Origin: the human T2T-CHM13v2.0 reference genome, Homo sapiens | NCBI RefSeq assembly: GCF_009914755.1 | Contig: NC_060935.1 | Direction: 5' to 3' (one strand) | Length of the DNA stretch: 64,000 nucleotides | Shown: one piece after another, positions 1-15,944 of the stretch | Layout: every line of letters starts with the position of its first letter | Position numbering within the stretch: the first letter of the stretch is position 1 | Position numbers and translations under genes: made by a program | Notes under the pieces: model-generated | What the model saw: the letters and a program-made list of their open reading frames with translations, nothing else | Told to the model about the DNA's origin: nothing | Databases searched by the model: none

Positions 1-420
1 CAGGTCTTCTTCCTTCTAGGGGTTATCTTGGCAGCAAGTGAACAAACTCTTCCTGGTCCTTGCCAGGGTAATAAACTCTGTATCATGGAAGAATGACCCC
101 AAATTGATAGACTTCGCTTGGCCCACTTTATATTCCTCTCATCTTGAACATGCACTCTGAGAATAAAGTACAACACTCGGTATACTCTCCCTCCTCTAGC
201 TGGTGTTTACTGGATAAATCTTGCAGCTTCTTTAGAGTGTAGTCTCTTTGCTCCTCTATTGGGTCCAGTATGTCCCTGGCTGGGTTGTAACTTAGTCCAA
301 GTTTTTGGCTTAGTGATCAATAAGGGAGCTGGGACTTAAGCTTTCATGTTGGAGAGTGTCCTCCACGTAATCTTCAAGTAAGAAGGGAATACTAATCCAG
401 CAATGAGTAGGTCACTTCTG
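1..420 (-). mobile_element. Degenerate ERVL-class internal (gag-like) fragment (ERV3-16A3/ERVL-E/MLT-int-like)
   Basis: The reverse complement gives broken gag-like stretches (..RDYTLKKLQDLSSKHQLEEGEY..FILRVHVQDERNIKW..) resembling ERVL gag 'RDYTPKELQDLA..WILRV..GRNIKL'; runs off the window start. Confidence 0.6.
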
Positions 421-1784
421 CAAGCTCAGTACTGATAAAAGGAAGAAGAATAACCTTTCCTAGATGATATTTTCCACAGACATACTGTTTTGCTGGAGTT
501 TTTCCATAACACTTTCATTCTTTTATATTTTACATGTGTATTAACATCATGGAGGATTTTCAAATGCATAGCTTCAATAATAATTTGTACTTTACCATGT
601 AAGGTGTACTTTTAAATTTTTACAACAAAGTCTGAGCATGTCAGGATGATGAGTTTATATTTAACATGATTTGCCTTTTAAAAAGAAACAAAATTGGAAA
701 GAAAATAAATAGCATATGATTCTGAAGAAGAAAATAAATTCTGCTATGGAGGTTAAAAGAAAATAAATAATTTAAAAATATTTGAAAGTATAAAAACAAT
801 CATCTCTGCTTTTAAATGAAAAACTAAAATGTGTGACAACCCTTGAAGAGCCTTTCTTATAAATAGACATAACATAAGTTCCTGTATTTTTCAGATAGGC
901 ATGCTTTTGTCTGCTAAATCTCAGTTTTCCAGACTCCAAGTAAATGCAGAAAAGTAACGTAAAAACAAAACAAAACACACCTACTATAGATTCTTCTACA
1001 GCCTTTTCTTTGTCTTTTGTTTGTTCTTTAGTTATGAATTTATAACAAATATTTTAAGATTTATTATTATTAAATTTTAAAAATGACAAGAACCAGGGTC
1101 GTGAATGTAGCACGTAAAACAAAAGCACATTCTTCATAATATTGGAGTAAGGAGATAGTTCAAAAGTTGCTGTGGTCATTAACAGCTCACTGTTATGAAC
1201 TGGTGGGCAAGGCAGCCCAGATTAATGGCCTGGGAACAGAAATTACACTAACAGATTTTTAAAATTGTTGCTAGCTTCTAAAATAATATACAGTGTTCTC
1301 AGATGCAGTGACCTGTTTAGGTAAAGTAGAGCAGATGCTCCATAACCACCTTTAATAACAAAAACCAACATGAATATAACAGCAAAATAAGTTAAATCCA
1401 CTTTATGGTGTCAGAGAAGTCTGCACACATAGAATTTGATTAGAAAAATAGACAAGATATTTGAGGAAATACTTTTTTCACTAGTTTAAAATTTCCAGAA
1501 TATCTTTACTCATATGTCTCTTTTCAAAATACTATTGACATCTGAAGAGTATAATAACCAATGTTAATATGCTGGCACATACATTATTTTTCAGCAATGG
1601 GATTTTTTTTCAGACTTCCAACTTGAGTATGAGTACTGCTATTTGTATTTTTAATCTATAACCAAATACGCCCATTTTTAAAATATCTATTGAGCACTTA
1701 CTACGTAAAATGACACTGTAAAGGGTATTTTGTTGACTGCCAAAACAAATGGGCATAGATTTTGACCTCAAGGGACTGTGCCAA

Positions 1785-1934
1785 AAAACTATTAGAATTG
1801 AGAAACAAATGTAGTAGTTTCAGAATACAAAATCAACATGTAGAAATCAGCAGCATTGCTATATACCAACAGAAAACAATCTGAAAAAGACACAAAGAAA
1901 GTAATCTCATTTACGATAGGTAGAAATAAATGGG
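1785..1934 (+). mobile_element. Old L1 (L1M-type) ORF2 RT-region fragment, probably resuming at ~3065-3170
   Basis: 'gaatacaaaatcaacatgtagaaatcagcagcattgctatataccaac' matches the L1 ORF2 [14 protein letters not shown] region. Confidence 0.65.
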
Positions 1935-3064
1935 ATTGTGTTGGGTGCATATATATATAGGGTAGTTAGGTCTTCTTGTTGACTTGAAACCTTTACCATT
2001 ATGTATTGCCCTTCTGTGTCTTTTTTGATCTTTGTTGGTTTGAAAAAATAAAAAATTAAAAAATTAAAAGTGGGCAAAAGATTTGAATAGACATTTCTCA
2101 AAAAAAACAGCACATGCATGGCCAGAAGGTGTATGAAAAAAAAATGCTCAGCATTATTGATCATCAGAGAAATGCAAATCAAAACTACAGTGAGATATTA
2201 TCTCACCCTATTAAAACAGCTTTTATCCAAAAGACAGACAATAAAAAATGTTGATGAGGATGTGATGAAATGAGAACCCTCTACACTGTTAGTAGAGATG
2301 TCAATTAGTACAGCTACTATGGAGAACAGTACTAAAGTCCCACAAAACACAAAAAATATAACTTCCATACAATTCAAAAATCCAACTGCCTGGTATATAT
2401 CCCAAAAAGGAAATCAGTATATTGAAGAGATATCTGTACTCTCATGTTTATTGCAGCACTATTTGTAATAGCCAAGTTAGGGAATCAACCTAAGTGTTCA
2501 TTATTACATGAATGGGTAAATATAATGTGGTATATATACACAATGGAATATTATTCAACCATAAAAAGAATGAAATCCTGTCATTTGTAACAACATGGAT
2601 GAAACTGAAAGACATTATGTTAAGTGAAATAAGCCAGGCACAGCAATACAAATATTACATGCTCTGACTCATATGTGAGAGCTAAACAAAAAAAAAAGAA
2701 CTCATAGAGATGGAAAGTAGAATAATGGTTACCACAGGCTGGGAAGGGTAGTGAGGAAGGAGGGGATAACATAGGAATTGTTAATGGGTACAAAAATATA
2801 GTTAGAAAGGATGAATATGATATAGTATTCGGTATCCCAATAGGTTGACTATAGTTAACAATACTTTATTTATATTTAAAATTAAAAGAGTGAAATTGGA
2901 ATGCTGCTAACACAAATAAATGATAAATACTTGAAGGGATTGATACTCCAATTAACATGATTTGATCATTATACATTATAGGCAAGTATCAGAATATCAT
3001 ATGTACCTCATAATTACATACAACTATGTACTAATATAATAAATAAATAAACACAATTTTAAAA
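1935..3064 (+). mobile_element. L1MA-type 3' end with a short inverted endonuclease-domain segment (1935-2042, minus strand)
   Basis: Minus strand of 1935-2042 encodes KIKKDTEGQYIMVK..LYIYAPNT (L1 EN); 2065-3060 is ORF2 C-terminus + 3'UTR + A-rich tail on plus. Confidence 0.8.
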
Positions 3065-3224
3065 AGAAATAAAATAGTGGGAATGAATCTTAAGCACAGC
3101 TATTTAATTTACTCGGAAGACAATTTCGAAGGAAGAACTTTAAAAAATGGATAAATGTAAGAAGCTTATCAAAAGCATTGCTACAGAAAATAAGACTCAC
3201 TTGCAATATTTATTACCAAAAAAT

Positions 3225-4940
3225 TCTACTTTATCCTTCATTCTATTAATGTGGGATATCACATTTATTGATTTGTGTATGTTAAGCCATCCTTACACCC
3301 CAAGGATAAAAACACTTGATCATGGTGTATGATCTCTTAAGTTTGCTGTTAAATTTGGTTTGCTAGTATTTTGTTCAGGATTTTTGCATCTACATTATTC
3401 AAGGATATTGGCCTGTAATTTTCATCTCTTGTAGAATTCTTAGTTGGCCTGGGTAAGAAAGTAATAATGCTGGCTTCATAAAATGAGTTTTGACCCTCCT
3501 CCTCAATGTTTTGAAAGAGTTTGGCAATGATTGGTATTCTTTGTTCTTTAAGTGCTTGGTAGAATTCAACTATAAATTAATCAAATCTTGGGCTTTTCTG
3601 TGTTAGGAGGTTTTTGATTGCTGATTCAATCTCCTTTCCTGTCATTATTGAAATCAGATTTCTATTTATAATATAGTTATGCTATGCTGAATGTTTCTAG
3701 GAGTTTATCTACTTCTGAGTTATACAATTGAATGATGTATAATTATTCATGATAGTCTTCTTTGATCCTTTATATTTTAGTGGTATCAGTTGTAACATCC
3801 CCTCTTTCACTTATAACTTTATTTATTTGAGTCCTGTCTTTATTTTTCTTGGTTATTCTAACCAATAGTTTGTCAATTTTGTTCCTCTTTTCTAAAAACT
3901 CTTAGGGTTTTTTTTAACCTTTTCTATTGTCTTTCAAGTCTTTATTTTCAAGTATTTATTTTCACTCAATCATTATGATTTCTTTTCTTTTGCTCACCTT
4001 TTGCTTACTTTGCTTTTTTTCCCTAGTGTTTTGAATTGTCAAGTTAAATTACTTAAAATCTCTCTTTTTAAAATATTGGCATCTATTACTGTATACTTTC
4101 CTATTAACACTGCTTTTGCTGCATTCTCTAAGTTTTGATATGTCATGTTTCCATTTTTGTTTGTCTCAATATAGTTGTTGATTCCCTTTGATTTCTTATT
4201 TGGTTTATTGATTTTTCAGGAGTACTTTTTTTTTGTTTATACGTATTTTTGAATTTTTCAAAATTTCTCCTGTTATTAATTTTTAACTTTTATACCATTG
4301 TGTTAAGAGAAGACACTTGATTTGATTTTAATCTTAGATATTTTTAAAACTTGTTTTTTGACCCAACGTATGATCTCTCTTGAGAATGTACCATGTGCAC
4401 TTGAGAAGAATGTTTATCCTGCTGTTGTTGCATGGAATATTCTGTACATGTCTGGTAGGTTCATTTGCTCCACGGTGTTATTTAAATCTACTGAACTCTT
4501 ATTGATTTTCTGTCTAAATGGTCTTTGCATTGTTGAAAGTGAGGTATTACAGTCCCCTGCTATTATTATATTGCCTTCTATTTTATTCTTTAGTTTTGTT
4601 AATATTTAGTTTGCATATTTAGGTGCTCCAATGTTGAGTGCATATATATTCACAATTTTTATCTCACTTATATGTAGAATTTAAATAAATTGAACTCAGA
4701 AGCACATAGTAGGATAGTGGTTGTCAAGAACTGGGGGATGAAGGAAATGAAAAGGTCTTGGTCAATGAGCACATACTTTATAAGATGAACAAGCTCTGGG
4801 GATTTAATGTATAGCATGGGTCTTGATGTTTTAATTGACTATGGTAATCATTATACACTGTATATGTAAACCAAATAATCACATTATAGATCTTGAATAT
4901 ATACAATTTTTATTGTTAATTAGGGGTTTTAAAATAAAAT
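3225..4940. mobile_element. Old L1: minus-strand ORF2 segment (3225-4657) joined to a plus-strand L1MB/MA-like 3' end (4660-4940)
   Basis: 'atcacatttattgatttgtgtatgttaagccatcc' to 'ggtgctccaatgttgagtgcatatatattc' is antisense ORF2; followed by 'atctcacttatatgtagaat..gtggttgtcaag' 3'UTR and aataaa. Confidence 0.75.
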
Positions 4941-5029
4941 AATTTCACCTTCGATTTATACTATGCATTTATAAGTATTTCATATATCATTTCATTTTCT
5001 GTTATATCAATTCTAAAAGGGGGACAAGG

Positions 5030-5360
5030 CAAACTTTATTATGCCCACTTTTCAGGTAAGAAACCTAAAGCTCAGAAAATCTTTAACTTACTAAAAAGTA
5101 GACAGTAGAAACAGAATATGGACACATACTCAGGGCTTCTGATATTTTTTCAGATGTTATGCTACCTATGAAAATCTCAATTCAGACTCTACACTTAATA
5201 AATAATTTCAGTAATTTATTATTTATTGCATTATAGACTATAAAAGTACTAAAAAGGAATTAACCCTTTTCTCCTCACAATAACCCTGAAAGGGTATGCT
5301 ATTATAATCCCCATTTATTAGATGAGGAAACCAAGAGATCAAGTGAAACTTAATGCTTAT
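5030..5360 (-). mobile_element. MIR fragments
   Basis: MIR core motifs 'cccacttttcaggtaagaaacctaaagctcaga' and 'ccccatttattagatgaggaaacc'. Confidence 0.6.
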
Positions 5361-5409
5361 TGACTCTGCACTTTGATCTCTACCGAAAGACTTTGGTTGA
5401 AATTGGGGC

Positions 5410-5612
5410 TGTAGTGGGTCAAACAGTGTCTCCAAATAGTCACATTTATTTGGAATCCTGTAATGTGATCTTATTTGGGTACTGGGTTCTTGCATATGTA
5501 CTTAAAGATCTCTAGATGAAATTATCCTGGATTCAGAGTGGGGTCTAAATCCAGTGGCCGGCATTCACATGATAGGGGAAGACACAGGAAAGAAGGTCAT
5601 GTGATGATGGAT
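5410..5612 (+). mobile_element. MLT1 (MaLR) LTR 5' fragment
   Basis: 'tgtagtgggtcaaacagtgtctccaaa..tgtgatcttatttgg..atcctggattcagagtggggtctaaatcc' is typical of MLT1B/C. Confidence 0.7.
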
Positions 5613-5624
5613 GTTCAAAGTGCA

Positions 5625-5745
5625 CATTCTGGAGACAACTGGCCAGGGTTCAAATCTTGGCTTGTCAATTTCAGGTATTGGATTGTGAACTAGTTAGTTA
5701 ATCTCTTCAAGCCTTTATTTTCTCATTTGTAAAATGTAAATTGAT
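5625..5745 (+). mobile_element. MIR
   Basis: 'gggttcaaatcttggct..aatctcttcaagcctttattttctcatttgtaaaatg'. Confidence 0.65.
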
Positions 5746-6391
5746 AGAAGGTAAAGAAAGGCAGCAAAACAGATATGTTTCTACATTATAAGGCCATCAA
5801 GTATGTTAACATTTCAACAAAGATTTTCTCAAGAGTAACAGTGAAAGTCTCAACAATAAAGCCTTCTAAAATTTGTGATTTTTTTCTTAAAAAAATCCAC
5901 ATGTGTTTTAAAAATAGAAGAAAAGAAGAAATAACATGATATCAGATAGATAGGTAGATAAGACAGATAGAGATAGACATTGACATATAGATTTATAAGT
6001 ACCTCTTCCCTTAATTCAATTATGTTTTTTTCCTACTCTGAGTATAGTAATACATTTCTCTGTGACATATTAAGATTACTAACGAGTATGAATTACGTTT
6101 GATAAATATGGTCTATGTGCCCATGAAACTAGGAGTGTAAAAAGAAGAGAGTAATTACATTTAGAATCCAAATGTTTCATATTTTATGATAGAGTTTATT
6201 TTGCTTATGTCTCCCTTATGAAATACTGTCTGAAGTTTAGGCTGATAGGCTACTAGTATTACCTCCAAAAAGTCTCCAGCTTCCCCATTCCCAGTGATGT
6301 CCAGCCTTGGATGGCTCTTATTTTTTTTTTGAGTCCTTTTATAGATTCATTCAATAAACATTTATTTTAGACAGATTGGATATTAGGAGAA

Positions 6392-6668
6392 TACCACAAA
6401 ATAGTGTTCAATAGCATAATAGGGCAACTACAGTTAACAATAATTTCTTGTATGTAAAAAAAATAGCTGGAAATATAGATTTGAAATGTTCTCAACTCAA
6501 AAAAATGATAAATGTTTGAGGCAATGGGTATCCCAATTACCCAAATTTGAACATTACACATTTTACGAAAGAATCAGAATATCCAATGTATTCCATTAAT
6601 ATATACAACTCTCATGTATACATAAAAATTAAAAATAAAAAAGGTAAAAACAAAAGAATAAAACAAAA
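6392..6668 (+). mobile_element. L1MA 3' UTR fragment
   Basis: 'cagttaacaataattt..gaaatgttctcaactc..atgataaatgtttgagg..ggtatcccaattacc' plus A-rich tail. Confidence 0.75.
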
Positions 6669-6679
6669 CAGCTGTTTTC

Positions 6680-8804
<2,125 letters not shown>

Positions 8805-9415
8805 TAATTGCAGTTGTGCCACACACATGAGACTATTGAACAGTTGTCAATGGAGAGGAAGAGGTACCTAAGTACAACTTAAATAGTGTAAGCAGGAGGT
8901 ATAGAGCATTAACAAAGCATTAATCAAAAACATAAGTGAGAGCTGCCTGATAAAAGAAGTATTTACCTATTAGACAAAGTGGAATGGAATCTTGAGACAT
9001 GGGAAAACCAGTAAATATCACTCACTAAGAGCAATGAAAAGGTTGAACAGCATGAAAACAGAATGCTGTATTGGAGAAATTATCTTCAGTTAAATACGTT
9101 TCAAGTTCACTTTTCAATAGAGGTGACTATGTTGAAAATAAATAGTTCTGAGGGGAAAGCCAGTGATGAATCAGGTAGTAGGCCTGCTCTTAAATGGGAG
9201 CCAGGGAAAGAGCACACATGGAGGCTCATATATTGTGCTTCTGAAATTTTACAAGTTCTAAATCAAGATAATTGCTTAATTAAACACATATCTTTCTATA
9301 TGACACATGTACCTTCATAATGCCCTGGAAGGCCAAGTTCTAATCTAGAAATGTTGGATTTATGTACTTCTCCATTGGAATGACTCAACAAGAGAAGACC
9401 TGATCCACAGTTTAA

Positions 9416-9744
<329 letters not shown>

Positions 9745-11513
9745 CTCTTTTCTTTCCATATCTGCCTTCAATAAGCCCCGGAAAGGGGGCTGTTGCTCTT
9801 GCATAGGGACATCACAGACTATACCTGTGCCACGTCTTTATGAATTGGAACCCCTCGTACCTTTGTTGGAACTAAAGATACATATATTGGTGACATGTTT
9901 CTCTCTTAGGAGCAGAAATCTTGGGAAGAGTTCACAAACAGGTCCTAAGCAAGTTCAGGGCCATTTAGTCAAGGTATTAGATGAACTCAGGGATCCTGAG
10001 CATGATCTAAAGGGTGCCAAGTTGCCCCCTTCCCTATACCATACAGTGTCCTCATTCTGGGTAAGGATATAGTCAAAGTAGAGTTGTTATAGAACCTTCT
10101 AAAGCATGGGAACTGGGGCCTTATATGTTAGTTATGAGTTTGAACAATTTCCTGCCAATTTACAAGAACTATTGAAGACTTTTATATGGTAGCTGTTTTA
10201 TACACAGTTTTACTTTTTCACATAGCTATAAATTATGAAAGACAAAGATAGGGATTCTTTTCCTTTCAAGGAAATGCAATATTGTGTATTGTCAAACCTC
10301 TTCAAAAGGCTTCATTTATTAAAGTGTTGCATGATAGATATAATTAGAATTGGCAAGCTACCAAAAATCTGTTCATGACCATTTGTCATGTGTAATTTTC
10401 TATGTCTTTTAAGTATTCCACATAATGCTTCCAAGCTTTGGATTTAATCCTCCTGCTGAGAAACCACAACAATGAGAATAATAGATTTACTTCTAAAGCA
10501 ATTTGAATATTTTTGTACTAAACTTCATACTACTACTCCTGAAACTCTCTGTTCACTTTGACATAAAGAGACAGGAGAAGGAAGTAGAATCTAGGCACCC
10601 CGACTTAAAACAGTACCATCCATTTGTTCCCCATCAATATGCTAAGGATACTAGTTGAAACTATGTACTAATTCCCAAGCAATTTTTCTCTGAAAAATTA
10701 TTTACCTATACTGTTACCAACATGCTAAATAAATATAAGAACAATGATGAATGAAGAAATAATGTTGACTTAATACAGAAAAATTTTAGACACATCTTGC
10801 TCTGTCCCTAAGGGTTAAAAATAAATTTAATTTTAAAGAACACACATAGTAGGCTAGTGACCACCCAGAAAGGAATAATTTGACCCTGAACTAATTTCTG
10901 ACAGAAAGGTTAAAATAAAAGAAAATTAATCACTGCAAATGTCTGATGTCATTGGTTTTTCTGTCATTCCATATTCCTGGGAATTGGATTTAGTGTTAAT
11001 TGGGTCTTCATGAGAGTTAACCTTCTTTGGAGTGAATTGGGGAAAAGTCATAGAGATGGCTGGACCCAGCTTTTGGTATTCTTGTTTATATAATGTGAAC
11101 TCTGAGAAAACTTACAGTTCTCAGCAAGACAGAATTTGAATCATTGACTGCCATGTGAACCCTGGGTTTTAATGAGCTCTTTGATGTATGTAGGGTGTCC
11201 CAGTCCAAAAGCAGACATCTTTGGTTTATGTCTTCAAGGACAGTGGGGATTAACTCTTTGGGTTTTCACTGAGCATTGAAAAATGTGATGAAAGCTCTGA
11301 AGTTTAGACTTCGAAAAGCACATGTATCCAACATACACTCAACATTTTGCAAATAATTTCAGGGAGATCCTGTCCTTCTCAGGACTTATAAAATCTCTTA
11401 GGTATCCCTGGCCTCTTTATTCTTGAAATATGGAATCCATGATTCCCCAACACCAGATGATCTGCATTTATTTACTGCATTCAGTAAATATAGATTAATC
11501 TCCATGTTCCTTG

Positions 11514-12257
11514 TGTTACCGGTGGGTCCTTGTCCTTAGAGCTCCCAAGATGGTGGCGGGCGCTTTCAAGATGGTGGCAAGCCTTTTGTTCTCTGACCTG
11601 GGGTTCTTGGCTTCATGGATTCCAAGGAATGGAATCTTGGGCCATATGGTGAGCGTTATAGCTCTATTAGAAGCCGTGGGTCACAGAAGAGAACCGTGGA
11701 ACCCAGCGACTAGTGTTCAGCTTGATTAGGACGAAGCCGGGCTCTTAGCCCTGCAGGAACAATGGCGAGTCTTTAGCCCGATTGGGAGTGGCAATGGGGC
11801 CTTGCTGGATCAGGAGCACAGCAGACACCGACGGATCCAGAGGGGTGGAAGTCAGCAGCGGGTCTGCAACGGTGGCAAACAGCAGTGGTGGATGGCAAGC
11901 AAAAGCTCAGCTCCAGCTGTAACAAATACCGACCAGAAGAGTGTGCAGTTGCAAGATTTAACAGAGTGAAAACAGAGCTCCCATAAAATGGGAGGGGACC
12001 CAAAGGGGGTTGCCCCGTTGCCGGCTCCAATGCCTGGGTTTATATCCCAATCATTGTCCCTTCCCCTGTGCTCTCAGGCAATAGATGATTGGCTATTTCT
12101 TTACCTTCTGCTTTTGCCTAATTAGTCTCTTTACTACCTGATTGGTCGGTTGTGAGCTAAGTTGCAAGCCCTGTATTTAAAGGTGGATGTGGCCACCTTC
12201 CCAGCTAGGCTTAGGGATTTTTAGTCGGCCTAGGAAATCCAGCTAGCCCGTCTCTCA
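11514..12257 (-). mobile_element. HERV-W solo LTR (LTR17), complete U3-R-U5
   Basis: Minus strand starts TGAGAGACGGGCTAGCTGGATTTCCTAGGCCGACTAA (LTR17 5' end) and ends ..GTAACA; 4-bp TSD CTTG at 11510-11513 and 12258-12261; CCAAT boxes and GATATAAA TATA present. Confidence 0.93.
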
Positions 12258-12431
12258 CTTGGAGAAGTGAATTGCGGAGAGGAGGCTATGGTTATAATTA
12301 TATATTTTTTTCTTATTTTCCATTTAATAATAGATTCCCTTGAGTAAAGGAGTTCTTAGCTACCCTAGTATTTCAATTTAATTAAGATTTCTTGTTATTC
12401 CATGAATGCCCTTCCTCTACACATTAAGAAA

Positions 12432-12633
12432 TGCAGTCTTAGTGGTGAAGAACATAGTTTCTGTAGTTGCATTGGGTTTGTTTCCCTAAAACTCTGCATC
12501 TCGGTTTACCTATAAAATGCAGATAGGTATAACATCTAGCTCGTAAGATTGTAATGAGTGCTAAACAGGATAAGCCACGTAAAACACTTAACAATGTATG
12601 TGACATGACAAACACTCAAAAACAGTTAGCTAT
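12432..12633 (+). mobile_element. MIR
   Basis: 'ctctgcatctcggtttacctataaaatg..gtaaaacacttaaca..aacactcaaaaacagttagctat'. Confidence 0.7.
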
Positions 12634-15600
12634 AATTTTTATAAGAAGAAAGCTTATACAAGAGGTACACCTGTGTATTTTAGAGAAAATGACCATCAAA
12701 AAAGTAAATATGTAATTTTAAGTACTGAGGTTTTCATTTGTACTTGAAAGTCAAAGTTTAATGGGGCATTTTAGTAACGTGTGCAGACCTCTTCTTTGAG
12801 GCTGAGCTAGTTGCAATGAATGGAGTGAAGTAAAAGATCAAAATAGTAACCATTATATTTAATTCACATAGATGTATTAAATTGACCTGAGAAACAGTTC
12901 CATCTGGATGTTTTAGTCGTTCTCCAGGAAAATTTTTACAGTGCTTAATAAGATAAACACAATATTATTTTTATGTGAGATAAATCACATGTTCTACATA
13001 AGATTTCACAGATTTAAATTTTATGCATGGAGAAAGAAAATCAATCTTGTTAATGAAGTTGCGCATAATGTGATTGAATTTAAATGCTAGAATATTGTAC
13101 TGTTTGGAGATCAAAGCTTATATTAGAATTAACTCTGCTATTTCTTTTCCAAAACCTTCTTACATTCTCTTGTTCTCTACTGTAAAATTATGTTTAAGGA
13201 AAAGTTGTCACTACCTAAGTAGCTAACTATTCCTGTTTCAATATGATTGCACTAAATGTGCAAATCCAAATCAGTCAGCTCACTGTTTGTGAACAACTTG
13301 AAAATGAATATAACATGGTTAATGCAGTACCAAGATTTCATTTTGCGATCCAGCTAGGTATCCAGGGAGTACACCTATTTTTTCCCCTGCTTCATTATTT
13401 TTCAGGTTCCATAAGAGATATGTAGATTTTCTCTCTTTTGCAGGATGTTGTAGGGTATTGAGACTACAAATCCCACCCACCAGAAAAGCTGACAACTTTT
13501 ATAGCCAACATATCTGGGTGTATTTATTACAGGGATGCTTGATTTTGTGCTTCTTTCTTCTGCTTCTATAAATCACAGTGTCTGTTTGATCTACTATTGA
13601 GGAGAGAAAATCATTCTTTTTTTGTGTCTACTTGGCCTGAAAATAAAATTTTAACAAACTCCATTTTATGTATGACATACATAAATAAAAGACTATTTTT
13701 TCACAAACACTGACAACATCCACTTAGCCATTTTTGTTAATGGCTGCCATGCTACTTAGAACATTACTTTGCAATTTGGAGTCCTGCTTTTACATTGCTG
13801 CTCACATTGTTCTTTACGGTTCTAATAATTTTTTACCTGTCTACATTTACATAAATTCTGTGTGTGGTTCAATGCCTTATTAAAGCTTCATCTCCCCCAT
13901 GAAGTTCTCTCTCACTACCCAGTGTGAATTGAATTGATTGTTCCTTCCCCCCAAATGACACTGATTGTTTGTGACATTTATTTAGCATTTATGAATTGTT
14001 TCCTAGGCAAAATCAAATTTCGCGATTATATATGCAAGTGGCAAGTGTACAAGTTGGATTTTGCCAATGAAAACATTGGCTTCCCAAGATAGAAATTACA
14101 TTGTACTCTACTCTTTGCATTAGCCATGTGAACTAGCACTCCATAATTAAAGCTACAGAATGTAGAAATACAGTTAGCAAAGCTTTAGCTGTAAAGCCCC
14201 TTTTTTTTTAACCAGGGCTAATTCCAAGGGTTTACATATTCTATTCTAGGTACATGAGAATAGCAACAGCTTCAGTTATAGGCTAGAGTCTGGGGTCACT
14301 TTTACCTCTAGTGGTGATCCTATGGCTAAGGGTAAAACTTAAGGCTGCCTGTACCTCGAAAGCCCTCAGCCTCCCTCCAACTCCAAGTGACCTCCTATCC
14401 TGGGTGAATCTTATCAAATTTTGGATTCTATCTTTGAACCCAAGGAGTAAGCTAGAAAAAATAAAGCTCTACTCCTTGTTTTGGAATCATAGAGACAGCA
14501 GGTTCATGATCATTTCCTCTGCACTTCCCATATCTCAGAAACCATGGAGTGCACAGAGGGTACAGATAGCACCTGGATGAGCTGAATGTGGCCACATCAG
14601 ATAAGATAAGATGGTTGGCATTTCCCTTGGACTTGTCTCCAGCAAGAAGCACTACTTAAGTAAGAAACTCCAGAGAAAGTTGCATAGGTGGTTTATCAAT
14701 GAGGTTTTGGAGACTAAAATAGATTTTCTAAATTATTATAATAAAAATATATTTCAACAAAATATGCTGGAGGATGAATTATCTATTTTCTCTTTAAAAA
14801 TATAAAATTGTTGTTTTGCAATCAGGTGACCAAAAAGTATACAGCAAAAAACAAAAGAAAAACATATTATAGAAGTGTGTCAGCATATTTTGATAATATT
14901 TACATTAGCTTTTGTGATTTTTATATTTTCTCAGCATTTATTAACTTATTAATTATTTTTAAATAAATAGTAATTATTTATCATTAATTTATCAGTAAAA
15001 GCTGAAAAAATATTAAAATCTGACATGATATAAAATGTTTTTATATTTAATATTTAATTTTATAATAGAAATATTTAAAATTTTAAAAATATAAGTATAA
15101 ACATTTTTATACTTTTTATTTATTAATAAAATGTATCTATTCAAGTATTCATTCGTGTACTTATTTTTTTTAATTTACAGGTTGTATTCTTTGTCTAAGA
15201 AGGCTCCACAATTTTTAAAAGCTTCAGGTGCCACAAATTATTTCCTGACTCAATCACATAATTTCTCTTTCTATTCCACTTATTCATTTTGTCAATAAGT
15301 AAACATTGTACTGAAGATTAGATGTCAGATTTGTGCTGGAGATGGGCACACAATAAGGGTTATGATGCAAATTTATTTCATGTTGCCTTTAAGTTTTATT
15401 AAGTACTTTCTCTGCTCTGGGCACAAGACCCCTAAAAGGCACATATTATTATAATAATACCTTCCTCTTAGAAAATAAGATACCAAGATGTTAAAAGTAA
15501 ATGTTTAACAGCCAGTAAGTGGCACAGCAGGATTTACATTTAGGCAGTCTTGTGCCACTCAGTGAACAATGAACAACCTCATGCTCTAGTAAACTGTTTG

Positions 15601-15944
15601 CAGGAAACTTTCATGTTTCAGGTACTTTAGATGTCTAATACACAAATGCATTAGACATAATTGTGGACTTCAACAACTCACTGTAAGCAGGAAAAGTTAA
15701 ATTTAAACAAGTAAAAGCTGTTACTAAAATTAAACAGACATTTCAATAACCAGAAGTTGTTAATAAACAAAAGAAAGGCATCTTTTATAAATAATTTTTA
15801 TTATGTTATTCATGTTCATTTCATCACATCACAATTGAAGCAATTAAATTATAACTACAATAATGACACACTGGTAATGTTATTAATAATTAAAAAAGAA
15901 AAATTAAGCTATAGGAAAGTTATTACATATAAAAAGAAATTAAT

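Noticed and set aside
13390-13445. Two tandem plus-strand splice-acceptor-like sites (13405 and 13443)
   Set aside because: No convincing donor or reading frame downstream; such motifs are common in T-rich DNA.
14300-14318. CTCF-like motif (minus CCACTAGAGGTAA)
   Set aside because: Mismatched at the conserved GGC positions; cannot be supported without ChIP data.
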